A stretch of 64,000 nucleotides of DNA from an uncultured Gemmatimonadales bacterium (GCA_963716255.1 OY970303.1:4384001-4448000); one strand, 5' to 3'. Positions 31,964-42,412 are shown, numbered from the stretch's first letter. The notes: generated from the letters alone by a model not told the origin. Numbers and translations are program-made.

Positions 31964-34288
31964 CTACGAACTCTCACTGTCTTGGAGGTCGAGTGAGCGG
32001 AGGTTCTCGCGGACGATTTGGGTGTTCGGGTGATCCGGGCCGTAGGACGCGTCGAAGATCTTCAGTGCCCGTTCGAATAGCTTCCGCGCCTGCGCCAGCT
32101 CTCCGAGGTCTCTAAGCACACCGCCAAGGTTGCTGACGTCGATTGCTACGTACGGATGATCCGACCCGTAATACGCCTCGTCAATTTTTTGCGCCCGCTC
32201 AAATAGTGTACGAGCCTCCGGCAGTTCTCCAAGATTTTGGAGGACGGATCCGAGATTGTTGATACGGATTGCGATATTCGGGTGATCTGGACCGTATGCA
32301 TCCTCATCAATCATCAGCGCTCTCTCGAGTAAATTCCGTGCTTTCTTTAATTGTCTGAGAGCCATGAGCACGTTGCCGAGGTTGTTCATGACAATTGCTA
32401 CGTATGGATGCTTGGGTCCACGGGACACCTTTAAAATTTTCAACGCCCTTACCAATAGTTTCCGTGCTCCAGTTGCGTCACCAAGCTCAAGGAGTACGCG
32501 GCCAAGATTGTTGAGGCTGAGCCCTACAATCGGGTGATTTGGACCATATATCGTCTCGAAGGTTTCCAGTGCCTCCTCATTAAAGGTCTTCGCCCCAACG
32601 AAATCTCCTCGACCTCGCAGGTACATAGCCGATTCAGAGAGCAGTTCCGCAGCCAAGCTCAATCCCGCTCTTTCGGCTTTGCAATGAGCAACAACAATGG
32701 TTGCATGAGCGAACAGACGGACGCAGACAGGCCATGTTCTTACGTCGTCGCTATTGCTGGGGAAGGCCTTGCGAACCATGCCAACAGCCGATTCAACCCA
32801 GACCTGTTTGTTGCCTTCGCTCATCCGGTCCCGCACCACTACCTGTACCAGTCGATGAACTGAAAGCGTGTTTCCGGTGCGTTTGACAAGTGAGTGCCGA
32901 CGCAGAGCTGAGATGGCGTTATCGAATGCTAGATCATCCTCTACCACGCTGGCGAGAGGTTCAGATCGCTTATCCTTCCCGCCGCGGATGACCTCTAGTG
33001 GAATGTCGTCGGGCGCGAGGAACGCGCATAGGCTGAGGAGATCAGCTGCGGCCGGGGATTGTTCTCGTACCTTCGTGAAGGAAATCTCCCAGGTGGTCTC
33101 TACCGTATCCGGATAATCCAGGGACGGATCGCCTCGCCGGAGAATCTCCTGTTGGTGTTTGCGGAAGAGGTCCAGGTATTCGGAAATCGAGCTGCCATGT
33201 GCTTCGATGTACGCCGCCGCCTGTTCGATTGCGAGCGGAAGCCACCCAAGCTCTTCAACAAGTTCCCTCGCCGCTGGCTCGTCCTCCTGCCCCGAGCGCC
33301 TGTGCAGGAACTCGATTGCGTCTTCAGGGCCGAGGGTGCCCACCGGTAGTGGATTGGCGACGCTGCGCCAGTCTGGTCTGCGTGACGTGATGATCACGTG
33401 CCCGCTACTCCCGGCGAGCAGGTACGGCCGGATCTCCTCCGGACTCTCTGCATTGTCGAAGACGAGAAGCCAGCCGTGGCTCGTGGCGAGCCAGTCCTTC
33501 ACGGCTTGGACCGCAGCCTGCTGATCGGCTTCCGCTTCCGACAGGCCCAGTTTTGCCGCGAGGAGGGCGTATTCGCCCGCGAGTGTGGCGGGATCTTCCG
33601 CGCGGAGCCACCACACCAGCTCGTACTCCCCGGCGTAGCGGTAGGCATACTCCACGGCTGTCTGCGTCTTGCCGATGCCGCCAAGGCCATGCAGGGCCGT
33701 CAACGCCGAATGGTGCCCCGCCTGGAGCTGAGCGCGCAACGTGGAGAGCAGTTCCACACGTCCAGTGAAGTTGCGGTTCCGGTTGTGGGGAACGTTCCAG
33801 ATGCGAGGCAGCGAGCCCGGAAATCGCGGCTGCTCCTTGATCGCGCGTCCTGCGGTGGGGGGAAAGGCTGGCTTCTTCTTGGGCTTCCCCCGCCCTTTCC
33901 GGACGCCGTCCAGCACCAGTTCCCGACTGGCGGCTTCGTCGTGCACGCCTACGAAGTCGATGTAGACAATCTGCCCCAGCAGCCCGGAAATATCCGCCTC
34001 GCGCACGCGGACCGGGACCAGCTTGCGATCCTTACCTGTCGGGTCTCCCGCAAACGCTGCAGCCCATTCGGAAGCCGTGAATCCTGATTTGATGAAGTCG
34101 GGCGAGAGGATGGCGACGACGCGCTCCGCCTGCTTCAACCCTTCGTTCATCTCCAGGGCGAAGTTGGAGCCGGGCCGGAAGTCCCACGCCTGGATCACCA
34201 CGGAATAGTCGGCTTCCTCCAGCTCCCAGGCGATCCACTCCGCCCAGGTCCGGTCGGCCTTGTTGTAGCTGATGAAAAAGTCTTTCAT
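31964..34288 (-). CDS. TIR - NB-ARC (STAND NTPase) - TPR protein (FxsT/NLR-like)
   Basis: DFFISY...WAEWIAW TIR with SEW Glu; Walker A GLGGIGKT; Walker B LVFDNA; LPLAI; 42-aa YGPDHP TPR repeats; visibly lower GC than flanks. Confidence 0.9.
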   Translation of the reverse strand: MKDFFISYNKADRTWAEWIAWELEEADYSVVIQAWDFRPGSNFALEMNEGLKQAERVVAILSPDFIKSGFTASEWAAAFAGDPTGKDRKLVPVRVREADISGLLGQIVYIDFVGVHDEAASRELVLDGVRKGRGKPKKKPAFPPTAGRAIKEQPRFPGSLPRIWNVPHNRNRNFTGRVELLSTLRAQLQAGHHSALTALHGLGGIGKTQTAVEYAYRYAGEYELVWWLRAEDPATLAGEYALLAAKLGLSEAEADQQAAVQAVKDWLATSHGWLLVFDNAESPEEIRPYLLAGSSGHVIITSRRPDWRSVANPLPVGTLGPEDAIEFLHRRSGQEDEPAARELVEELGWLPLAIEQAAAYIEAHGSSISEYLDLFRKHQQEILRRGDPSLDYPDTVETTWEISFTKVREQSPAAADLLSLCAFLAPDDIPLEVIRGGKDKRSEPLASVVEDDLAFDNAISALRRHSLVKRTGNTLSVHRLVQVVVRDRMSEGNKQVWVESAVGMVRKAFPSNSDDVRTWPVCVRLFAHATIVVAHCKAERAGLSLAAELLSESAMYLRGRGDFVGAKTFNEEALETFETIYGPNHPIVGLSLNNLGRVLLELGDATGARKLLVRALKILKVSRGPKHPYVAIVMNNLGNVLMALRQLKKARNLLERALMIDEDAYGPDHPNIAIRINNLGSVLQNLGELPEARTLFERAQKIDEAYYGSDHPYVAIDVSNLGGVLRDLGELAQARKLFERALKIFDASYGPDHPNTQIVRENLRSLDLQDSESS

Positions 34289-34486
34289 GGATCTAAATGG
34301 GCGCGTCCTCGAATCCGTACTCGACGCGCAAGATAGTGACCGCGGTGCCCCGCAGAACAGGAGAGTTTTACAAGACACAATCCGGTCTGGAGCGGCACGA
34401 AGCCCCCCACCACACCGGGTGAGGGGCTTCGATGATCGTGCCAGCGAGGAGGAGCATCCGCGTCGAGCGGCGCCCGCGCGAAATCC

Positions 34487-37141
34487 TCAGTCCGCCCGCA
34501 GCGCCACCGTCGGGTCGACGCGCGCCGCGCACCAGGCAGGCACCAGGCTCGCCGCCACCGCCGCCGCCAGCAGCACCGCCGGGGCGATCACGTGCACGGC
34601 CGGGTCCGTGGGCCGCACCGCGTACAGCAGCCCGGAGAGCGCGTGCCCCATGGCGAGCGCCAGCACGCTCCCCACCGCCACCCCGGCCAGTGCCGGCCCC
34701 GTCCCCTGGCGCACCACCAGCCACAACACCCCCGGCGTCCGCGCCCCCAGCGCCACCCGCAGCCCAATCTCGCGCGTCCGCTGGCTCACCGTGAAGGCCA
34801 CCACCCCGTATACCCCCAGCGACGCGAGCAGCAGCGCCGCCCCGCCGAAGAGCCCCACCAGCACCAGGCTGAAGCGCATCCGCCCCATGGACCCGTCCAC
34901 CCGCTCGCGCATGGTGCGCACGTCCGCCAGCGGCAGGTCCGGGTCCAGCCGGCGCAGCGCCGCCGCCACCGGGCCCGCCAGCGCTGCGGGCGGCCCGGAG
35001 CCGCGCACCGCCACGTACAGCGTGCGCGCCCCCGCGTACTGCGGGTAGGGGCGGTACACCGTTTCCCGCGGCGCCTCGCTCATCTCCGCGTGGCGCACCC
35101 CCCGCACCACCCCCACCACCGTCAGCGGCTCGTCCGAGCGGATCCAGCGGATGCGCTTTCCCACCGCGCTCTCCCCGGGCCACAGCCGGCGCGCCAGCGT
35201 CTCGTCCACGATCGCCGCCGGGGGCGCGTGGTCGTCGTCCGCGGGCGCGAAGGCGCGGCCTGCGAGGAGAGGGATCCCCATCGCCGCGAAGTAGCCGGGG
35301 CTCACCCCGCGCAGGTCCGCCTGCACCACGTCCTCCGGCCCCGGCCGGTCCTCCCGCGCGAAGCCGCTCCCCAGGTACGCCCCGCTCAGCGGGAGATGCG
35401 TGACCACCCCCGCCGCCCGCACCCCGGGCAGCTCCCCGATCCGCGCCGCCGCCTCGTCCACGAAGCGGCCGCGCGCCTCGCCGGAACCGTACCGCTCCCC
35501 CGCGAGCCCCAGCCGGAAGCTCAGCACCCCGCCCGCCTGGAAGCCCGCCGGCGCCTCGCCCAGGCGCAGGAAGCTCCGGGCGAGGAGCCCGGTGGACACC
35601 AGCAGCGCCAGGGCGAGCGCCACCTCCGCGGCCACCAGCAGCCCCCGCGCGCCGCTCCGGCCCGCGGTGGAGCTCCGCCCTCCGGCGTGGAGCCGGTCCG
35701 CCGGCGCCCCCCGCGACGCCAATGCGGCCGGCAGCGCGCCGCAGAGCAGCGTCGCCGCCGCCGAGACCAGCGCCGCGAACGCCAGCACCTGCCCGTCCAC
35801 CGACACCTCCGCCAGCCGGGGGAGGTCAGCGGGGCCGAGCGCGCGCGCCGCCCGCACCAGCAGCGCCGCCAGCGCCACGCCGCCCGCCCCGCCGGCCAGC
35901 GCCAGCAGCAGGCTCTCGGCCAGGAGCTGCTGGAGCAGGCGCCCACGGCCGGCGCCCAGCGCCGCGCGCACCGTCAGCTCGCGCGCGCGGACCGCGTTGC
36001 GGGCGAGCAGCAGGCTGGCGACGTTGGCGCAGACGATGAGCAGGAGCAGGACGGACGCCGCCAGCAGGAGGGTGAGGGCGGGGCGGATCCCCCGCACCAC
36101 GTGCTCGTGGTACGGCACGGCCGCCAGCCCCCACCCCGGCTCGCGGTACGCGTCCGGGTGCTCGCGGAGGAGCCGGCGGCCGAGCGCCGCCACGTCCGCC
36201 CGCGCCTGGGCCGGCGTGGCTCCGCCGCGCAGCCGGGCGAGGACGTGCAGGTGGTGCACGTCGCGACCCAGCAGGAACCCCTGGAGCGTGGGCTCCAGCG
36301 GCACGTACACGTCCACCTCGCGCGGGAACACCGGGCTGGGCGCCGGGAGCGCGAAGCCGCGCGGGAGCACGCCGGCGACGGTGTAGACCTCGCCGTCGAG
36401 CGCCAGCGGGCGGCCCACCACGCCCGGGTCGGATCCGAAGCTCCGCCGCCAGAAGCCGTGGCCCAGGAGCACCGCGCGCGCCGCGCCCGGGCGGTCGTCC
36501 TCCGGGCCGAGGACGCGCCCCGCCTCCGGCCGCACCCGGAGCATGGGGAACAGGCTGGACGACACCGCCAGCGCCTCCACGGCCTCGGGGCGGTCCAGGC
36601 CGGTGGCGTTGAAGCGCAGGTCGCGCAGGGCGGCCACCTCGCCCAGGCTGCCGGCGGAGGCCCGGAGGTCCTGGTATTCGGGCCAGGAGATCCACCCCTC
36701 TTCCCCGGGCGCCTCGTCGCTGCGGCTCCACACCAGCACCAGCCCCTCCGACTCCGGGAGCGCGAGCGGCCGCAGCAGCACCGAGCGCACCAGCCCGAAC
36801 ACCGCGGTGGAGGCGCCGATCCCCAGCGCCAGCACCCCCACGGCCACCAGGGCGAAGACGGGCGAGCGGCGGAGGACGCGGGTCCCGTAGCGCAGGTCCT
36901 GCCACACGTCCTCCAGCCGGCGCGGGCGCAGCTCGTCGCGCGCCTCCTCGCGGACCCGCTCGCCGCTCCCGAAGCTCAGCGCCGCCGCCCGCCGCGCCTC
37001 GTCCGGGGCCATCCCCAGCCGCAGGTTCTCCTCCGTCTGCCGCTCCACGTGGAAGCGGATCTCCTCGTCCAGGCGGTCGTCCAGCTCGGCGCGGCGTCGC
37101 AGGGCGTCCAGCCGGCGCCACCACTCGCGGGGGGTGCTCAT
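34487..37141 (-). CDS. Duplicated orphan ABC permease (ADOP/MacB-FtsX family)
   Basis: LDEEIRFH prefix, QDLRYG.R.LRRSP, and two FtsX blocks (R.ALGA; QRTREIG.R.ALGA). Confidence 0.92.
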   Translation of the reverse strand: MSTPREWWRRLDALRRRAELDDRLDEEIRFHVERQTEENLRLGMAPDEARRAAALSFGSGERVREEARDELRPRRLEDVWQDLRYGTRVLRRSPVFALVAVGVLALGIGASTAVFGLVRSVLLRPLALPESEGLVLVWSRSDEAPGEEGWISWPEYQDLRASAGSLGEVAALRDLRFNATGLDRPEAVEALAVSSSLFPMLRVRPEAGRVLGPEDDRPGAARAVLLGHGFWRRSFGSDPGVVGRPLALDGEVYTVAGVLPRGFALPAPSPVFPREVDVYVPLEPTLQGFLLGRDVHHLHVLARLRGGATPAQARADVAALGRRLLREHPDAYREPGWGLAAVPYHEHVVRGIRPALTLLLAASVLLLLIVCANVASLLLARNAVRARELTVRAALGAGRGRLLQQLLAESLLLALAGGAGGVALAALLVRAARALGPADLPRLAEVSVDGQVLAFAALVSAAATLLCGALPAALASRGAPADRLHAGGRSSTAGRSGARGLLVAAEVALALALLVSTGLLARSFLRLGEAPAGFQAGGVLSFRLGLAGERYGSGEARGRFVDEAAARIGELPGVRAAGVVTHLPLSGAYLGSGFAREDRPGPEDVVQADLRGVSPGYFAAMGIPLLAGRAFAPADDDHAPPAAIVDETLARRLWPGESAVGKRIRWIRSDEPLTVVGVVRGVRHAEMSEAPRETVYRPYPQYAGARTLYVAVRGSGPPAALAGPVAAALRRLDPDLPLADVRTMRERVDGSMGRMRFSLVLVGLFGGAALLLASLGVYGVVAFTVSQRTREIGLRVALGARTPGVLWLVVRQGTGPALAGVAVGSVLALAMGHALSGLLYAVRPTDPAVHVIAPAVLLAAAVAASLVPAWCAARVDPTVALRAD

Positions 37142-37151
37142 GGGGGGCTCG

Positions 37152-37496
37152 TCAGGGGGTGGGGACGGCCAGGACCAGGCCGATGGCGCGGGACAGGCGC
37201 TCCCAGGTGCGCAGCTCTTCCGCGAACCGGCCGCGGCCCGCCTCCGTGAGCGCGTAGTAGCGCGCCCGCCGGTTGTTCTCGGTGGTGCGCCACTCGGACG
37301 CGATCCAGCCCTGGCGCTCCAGCCGGTAGAGCGCCGGGTACAGGGATCCCTGGCCCACCTGGAGCACGTCCCCGGACCACTGCTGGATGCGCTCGGTGAT
37401 CCCCCAGCCGTGCATGGGCTCCAGCAGCAGCGCCTTGAGCACCAGCATGTCCAGCGTGCCCTGCAGCAGCTCCTGCCTGCGCGTCTCGTCCGCCAT
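37152..37496 (-). CDS. PadR-family transcriptional regulator
   Basis: LQGTLDMLVL, HGWGI, GSLYPAL.RLE and NRRARYY.LT. Confidence 0.93.
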   Translation of the reverse strand: MADETRRQELLQGTLDMLVLKALLLEPMHGWGITERIQQWSGDVLQVGQGSLYPALYRLERQGWIASEWRTTENNRRARYYALTEAGRGRFAEELRTWERLSRAIGLVLAVPTP

Positions 37497-37505
37497 TGCC
37501 GTGTC

Positions 37506-37557
37506 TCTCCTTTCGAATGACGAAAGAAGAATGCGTGCGTCTCCTTTCGAATGTCAA
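37506..37557 (-). promoter_or_regulatory. Putative PadR operator pair overlapping the promoter and RBS
   Basis: Exact 14-bp direct repeat TCTCCTTTCGAATG at 37506 and 37540; minus-strand TTGACA at 37552-37557. Confidence 0.65.
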
Positions 37558-37576
37558 GGGGAGAGATCCGGGAGCC

Positions 37577-38170
37577 TCAGAAGCCGCTGTTGCGCGTCCT
37601 CACCAGGGTCTCGATCTCGAAGGCGATGGATTCCGGGGTGCGCGTGTCGGCGGGGATGTTGAGGTCCGCGCGCTCGTACAGGGGGATGCGCTCCGACAGC
37701 ATCTGCGCGATCATCCCGGCCGGGTCCGGGTGGTCGCGGAAGGGACGGTCGATGGTGTCGGTGCGCAGCCGGCGCACCGTTTCCTCGGGGGACACCTGGA
37801 GCCACACCGCCAGCGTCCCCGGCCCCAGCGCGGAAAGGAACTCGGGCCGCGTGATCCACCCGCCCCCCGGCGCCAGCACCAGCCGCTCCGCCCGCGCCGC
37901 CTCGCCGGTGAGCGCCGCCTCCAGCTCGCGGAAGTGGTCCTCGCCGGCCGCCGCGATGATCTGCTGCACCGTGGCGCCGCCGCGCCGCTCGATCTCCACG
38001 TCGAAGTCCAGGTAGCCCCACTCCAGCCGCCGGGCGAGCGCCTGGCCCACCGTGCTCTTGCCGGAGCACATGTAGCCCAGCAGGACCACGCGGCCGATCG
38101 CCAGGCGCGGGCGCGGCGCGGCGCCGGCGTCGCTCGGGGGAAAGGAAACCTCGTTGAGGGCGGTGGACAC
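37577..38170 (-). CDS. aroK: Shikimate kinase
   Basis: GYMCSGKSTVG, D.D..IE, GE..FRELE, GGG and R.PLY; GTG start after AGGAG. Confidence 0.88.
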   Translation of the reverse strand: MSTALNEVSFPPSDAGAAPRPRLAIGRVVLLGYMCSGKSTVGQALARRLEWGYLDFDVEIERRGGATVQQIIAAAGEDHFRELEAALTGEAARAERLVLAPGGGWITRPEFLSALGPGTLAVWLQVSPEETVRRLRTDTIDRPFRDHPDPAGMIAQMLSERIPLYERADLNIPADTRTPESIAFEIETLVRTRNSGF

Positions 38171-38472
38171 GCGGTTCTCCTGCTGCGGGTGTGGTTTGGC
38201 CGTGGGCGGCGGCGCCGCTACCTTGCACGTCGCGGGCCCCGGCCCCACCTTCCCCTGCCGCGCGGCGGCGCCCCCGGACGTGGACGGCCCTGTCCGCACC
38301 ACCACCGCAGCTCCCCCCGGCACCGATCCCGAAGATTCGCCGAACCGCGCCCCCGCTCAGGTGTACCACGGGAGCTGTTTCTGGACTGTGGCGCCCTCAC
38401 CCGGTGCGCTTGAGGCTCGCGACCCTCTTCCAATCCTTGGAGAGAGGGCTGAACCGCGGGAGCTCCGTGTAG

Positions 38473-38520
38473 TTCTCCCCCTCTCCCGCTTGCGGGGGAG
38501 GGGGCCGGGGGGAGGGGGCC
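38473..38520. repeat. REP-like palindromic repeat (family C), copy 1
   Basis: CCCCTCTCCCGCTTGCGGGGGAGGGGCCGGGGG.AGGGGGCC, repeated at 55363. Confidence 0.75.
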
Positions 38521-38524
38521 TGTC

Positions 38525-38665
38525 GCGTGAGGGATTCCGGCCCGAAGGGGCGAGACCGCGCGGCTGTTTGCGCGGGCTCGACTCCGTTGGCGAGCGTTGT
38601 TTGCTCGCTTACGGAGCCGAAGCCCGACCCCGGCGCCAGCCGGGGACACGCCCAAGCCCGCAGTT
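38525..38665 (-). repeat. Structured repeat family A, copy 4
   Basis: Reverse-complement match to copy 1 with compensatory stem changes. Confidence 0.9.
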
Positions 38666-38727
38666 GCCGTCCAGTGCAGTTGAATTCGCCAGCGACGACC
38701 TAGACGAGAGCCGAGAGACGAACGAGA

Positions 38728-41400
38728 ATGAGCATGGCGAAGCAGCGGGACCGGGTGCTCCCGCGGCTGATCGAGGAGGAGATGCGGGAGTCCTTCCTGG
38801 ACTACTCGATGAGCGTGATCGTGCAGCGGGCGCTGCCGGACGTGCGCGACGGGCTGAAGCCGGTGCACCGGCGCATCCTGTTCGCCATGCACGAGGCCGG
38901 CCTTTCCCCCGCGCGGCCGTACAAGAAGAGCGCGACCGTGGTGGGCGACGTGCTGGGCAAGTACCACCCGCACGGCGACGCCAGCGTGTACGACGCGCTC
39001 GTGCGCATGGTGCAGGACTTTTCGCTGCGCTACCCGCTGGTGGACGGGCAGGGCAACTTCGGAAGCATCGACGGCGACCCGGCGGCGGCGTACCGCTACA
39101 CCGAGGCCCGCCTGTCGCCCGTGGCCACGGAGATGCTGGCGGACATCGACCGCGACACCGTCGACTTCGCACCCAACTTCGACGACCGGCTGCGGGAGCC
39201 CAGGGTGCTCCCCTCGCGCATCCCCAGCCTTCTGGTGAACGGCAGCTCGGGGATCGCGGTGGGGATGAGCACCAACATCCCGCCCCACAACCTGCGCGAG
39301 ACGGTGGCGGCGGCCATCCACCTGCTGGACCACCCGGAGTGCACCCTCGACGACCTGATGGTTCACCTCCCGGGGCCGGACTTTCCCACGGGCGGGACCA
39401 TCGTGGGGCGGCAGGGGATCCGCGACGCGTACGAGAAGGGGCGCGGGCGGGTGGTGATGCGGGCGCGCGTGATCCGCGAGCAGAAGCGCGGCGGGCGCGA
39501 GCAGCTGGTGTTCACCGAGATCCCGTACGGCACCAACAAGGCGCGCATCATCGAGCAGGTGGCGGAGCTGGCGAAGGCGGGCAAGCTCCCCGACGTGTCG
39601 GACCTGCGCGACGAGTCGGACCGCGACGGCATCCGCATGGTGGTGGAGCTGAAGCGTGGCGGCGACGCCCTGAAGACGCTGAACGGCCTGTTCAAGTGGA
39701 CCACGCTGCAGACCACCTTCGGCGTGATCACGCTGGCGCTGGACGGCGGGGTGCCGCGCGAGTTCAAGCTCAAGGAGCTGCTGGAGCGCTACCGCGACCA
39801 CCGGGTGCAGGTGGTGGTGCGGCGTTCGCGCTGGGAGCTGGAAAAGGCGCGCGACCAGGCGCACGTGCTGGAGGGGCTGATCGTCGCGCTGCGCAAGATC
39901 GACCTGGTGGTGAAGCTGATCCGCTCGTCGCGCACCCGCGAGACCGCCGCCGACAAGCTCCGGAAGGAGCTGAAGCTCTCGGAGCGGCAGGCGGAGGCCA
40001 TCCTCAACATGCGCCTGTCGCGCCTCACGGCGCTGGAAAGCAAGGAGCTCAAGGACCGCCTGGCGGAGCTCCAGGCGAGCATCGTGGAGCTGGAGGCGAT
40101 CCTGGCCAGCCCGGAGCGTCAGGTGGCGGTGGTGCGCGGCGAGCTGGCGGAGCTGGCGGAAAAGTACGGCGACGCGCGGCGCACGGTCATCATCGAATCG
40201 GAAAAGACCTTTTCGCTGGAGGACCTGGTCGCCGAGGAGGAGGTGGTGGTGGTGGTGAGCCGCGAGGGCTTCGTGAAGCAGGTGCCCATGGGGCTCTTCC
40301 GGCGGCGGAGCAGCTCGGGCAAGGTGCTCGCGGGGATGGAGCGCTACGAGAGCGACTACCTGGAGCACGTGTTCGTGTCCAGCACGGGGAGCACGCTCCT
40401 GTTCTTCACGGACGACGGACGGGTGCACTGGCTCCCGGTGGCGGAGATCCCGGAGGCGGGGCGGGCCTCGCGCGGCAAGGCGGTGCACCAGGTCCTGGGC
40501 CTCCAGCGCAAGACGCAGGTGGCGGCGATGCTGGCGGCGACGGAGTACCCGGAGGACCGCTTCCTGGTGTTCGCCACGGCGGACGGGACGGTGAAGCGGA
40601 CGTCGCTGGACCAGTACGGCCGGCCGCGCGAGGGGGGGATCGAGGCGGTGTCGGTGAAGCCGGGCGACCGGCTGGTGGACGTGCAGATGACGGACGGCTC
40701 GGGCGACGTGGTGCTGGGCACCAGCGCGGGCCGGGCGATCCGCTTCCCGGAGGCGGAGATCCCGCTGATGGGCCGCGTGTCGCAGGGGGTGCGCGGGGTG
40801 AAGCTGCGCCAGGACGAGACGCTGGTGGGGATGGTGGCGCTGCGCCGCGAGGGCGACCTGTGCCTGGTGACGGAGCGCGGATTCGCGAAGCGTGTGGCCA
40901 TGGACGACCTGCCGGTGCAGGGGCGCGGCGGCATCGGCAGCGTGGTGCTCCCCACCATGCGCGGCACCGGCAAGGTGGTCTCGGCGCGGGAGCTGCTCCC
41001 CGGCGAGGACCTGATGGCGGTGACGGCGGTGGGCCGCACCCTGCGCCTGCACGGCGACCAGGTGGTCCCCGGCGACCTGAAGACGCCGCCGGAGCCGGCG
41101 GCGGAGCTGTCCGGCCACGACCGGATCGTCGTCGTCACCCGGACCGCCGAGCCCCGCGTGGACCCCGACGCGCCCGACGAGCCGGACGCGGAGCTGGACG
41201 ACGCGGAAGCGCTTTCGCTGGAAGGGTTCGAGGCGGACGGCGCGGGGGAGGGCGGCGTCGGGGAGCCGGCCGTCGGCGAGGCGGAGGCTGGCGACGGAGG
41301 TGTGGAGGCCGGCGATGGAGGTGTGGAGGCCGCCGCCGCCCCGTCGGACGGCGGCGGGGGAGGCGACGGCGAGCTGGAGCTGGGGCTGTTCGGCGACTGA
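38728..41400 (+). CDS. Type IIA topoisomerase subunit A (GyrA/ParC family)
   Basis: [22 protein letters not shown] and catalytic AYRYTEARL; beta-pinwheel repeats; acidic tail; no canonical GyrA box in blade 1. Confidence 0.93.
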   Translation: MSMAKQRDRVLPRLIEEEMRESFLDYSMSVIVQRALPDVRDGLKPVHRRILFAMHEAGLSPARPYKKSATVVGDVLGKYHPHGDASVYDALVRMVQDFSLRYPLVDGQGNFGSIDGDPAAAYRYTEARLSPVATEMLADIDRDTVDFAPNFDDRLREPRVLPSRIPSLLVNGSSGIAVGMSTNIPPHNLRETVAAAIHLLDHPECTLDDLMVHLPGPDFPTGGTIVGRQGIRDAYEKGRGRVVMRARVIREQKRGGREQLVFTEIPYGTNKARIIEQVAELAKAGKLPDVSDLRDESDRDGIRMVVELKRGGDALKTLNGLFKWTTLQTTFGVITLALDGGVPREFKLKELLERYRDHRVQVVVRRSRWELEKARDQAHVLEGLIVALRKIDLVVKLIRSSRTRETAADKLRKELKLSERQAEAILNMRLSRLTALESKELKDRLAELQASIVELEAILASPERQVAVVRGELAELAEKYGDARRTVIIESEKTFSLEDLVAEEEVVVVVSREGFVKQVPMGLFRRRSSSGKVLAGMERYESDYLEHVFVSSTGSTLLFFTDDGRVHWLPVAEIPEAGRASRGKAVHQVLGLQRKTQVAAMLAATEYPEDRFLVFATADGTVKRTSLDQYGRPREGGIEAVSVKPGDRLVDVQMTDGSGDVVLGTSAGRAIRFPEAEIPLMGRVSQGVRGVKLRQDETLVGMVALRREGDLCLVTERGFAKRVAMDDLPVQGRGGIGSVVLPTMRGTGKVVSARELLPGEDLMAVTAVGRTLRLHGDQVVPGDLKTPPEPAAELSGHDRIVVVTRTAEPRVDPDAPDEPDAELDDAEALSLEGFEADGAGEGGVGEPAVGEAEAGDGGVEAGDGGVEAAAAPSDGGGGGDGELELGLFGD

Positions 41401-41423
41401 CGCCGGATGCCCGGCGATGGAGG

Positions 41424-41460
41424 AGGGGCCGCGGTTCGTTCCGCGGCCCCTTGTCGTTTT
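41424..41460 (+). terminator. Rho-independent terminator
   Basis: aggggccgcgg / ccgcggcccct stem followed by a T-rich tail. Confidence 0.7.
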
Positions 41461-41503
41461 CCCCTCTCGCGAGGCTCGGCCGCGACGAAGAGGATTGCGT
41501 TAT

Positions 41504-41531
41504 TTTGTTACCAAGGTATTTTAGTAACAAA
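41504..41531. promoter_or_regulatory. AT-rich inverted repeat, putative operator
   Basis: TTTGTTAC-N12-GTAACAAA, about 33 nt upstream of ATG 41565. Confidence 0.55.
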
Positions 41532-41564
41532 TATCCACTCCACCCTCTCACTTGGTCGCTGCTC

Positions 41565-41858
41565 ATGTCGCCACAGGTCCCCGATCCGTCTTCCGGCCCT
41601 TTCGCCGTCGAGCGAGTCCAGACGGGAGTCAGGATGGAGAAGCGGATGATCAAGGTCCTCAAGGGGCTCGCGGAGTACCGCGACCTGTCCCTGGGCGACC
41701 TGCTGGAAGGGATCGTCCTGCACGCGTTCGAGAACCGGCCGCCGTTCAGCGCGGAAACGCTGGCGCGGATCGCCGCCCTCAAGGAGATCTACGGCATGGA
41801 CTACGGCACGGAAGCGAGTCACCGGCTCGTGGAAGGGCCGGAGGAGACTGGCCGGTGA
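41565..41858 (+). CDS. Small ribbon-helix-helix-like DNA-binding protein
   Basis: RVQTGVRMEKRMIKVLKGLAEYRDLSLGDLLEGIV beta-alpha-alpha pattern. Confidence 0.7.
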   Translation: MSPQVPDPSSGPFAVERVQTGVRMEKRMIKVLKGLAEYRDLSLGDLLEGIVLHAFENRPPFSAETLARIAALKEIYGMDYGTEASHRLVEGPEETGR

Positions 41859-42412
41859 GCGCGCGGCCCACCCCGCACGCGGGCGTGGCGGCGGCCCTGT
41901 CCGCGTCCCCGCCGCCGGTCTCCCCGGCGGCCGCTCCCGCGCTCCCCCACGTGGAGCGGGCGCACGCCATCCGCGTGGAGGCTCCGCCCGCGCGTGCGTT
42001 TCCGCTCTTCGAGCCGGTGGGCGAGACGCTGTGGGCCCCGGGCTGGCACCCCGAATTCCTCCACCCCGCCGACGGCGAGGCGCGCGAGGGAGCCGTGTTC
42101 CTCACGCGGGTCCCGGGGGAGCCGGCGACGGTCTGGATGATCGCGCTGCACCGGCCGGAGGAGCACCACGTGGCCTACGCGCGCATCACTCCCGGGATCC
42201 GCGCGGTGAGGGTGGAAGTGCGCTGCCGGCCGGACGGGCCGGACGCGACGCTCGCGACCGTGACGTACGAGTACACGGCGCTCTCGGGGGAGCCGGACCC
42301 GTACCTGGAGGGGCTGGACGATGCACGCTACCGCGAGGGGATCGAGGCGTGGGGCGGCGCGATCGCCCACTTCCTCCGCCACGGGACGGCGCCGGACGGG
42401 CCGGGCCACTGA
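41855..42412 (+). CDS. SRPBCC/START-like protein
   Basis: GTGA overlap; I.VEAPP.RAFPLF.P..E..WAPGW, typical of SRPBCC N-termini. Confidence 0.7.
   Translation: MSARPTPHAGVAAALSASPPPVSPAAAPALPHVERAHAIRVEAPPARAFPLFEPVGETLWAPGWHPEFLHPADGEAREGAVFLTRVPGEPATVWMIALHRPEEHHVAYARITPGIRAVRVEVRCRPDGPDATLATVTYEYTALSGEPDPYLEGLDDARYREGIEAWGGAIAHFLRHGTAPDGPGH

Noticed and set aside
31964..34288. FxSxx-COOH RiPP cluster
   Set aside because: No precursor peptide or radical SAM gene nearby; only the TIR-NTPase-TPR gene is present.
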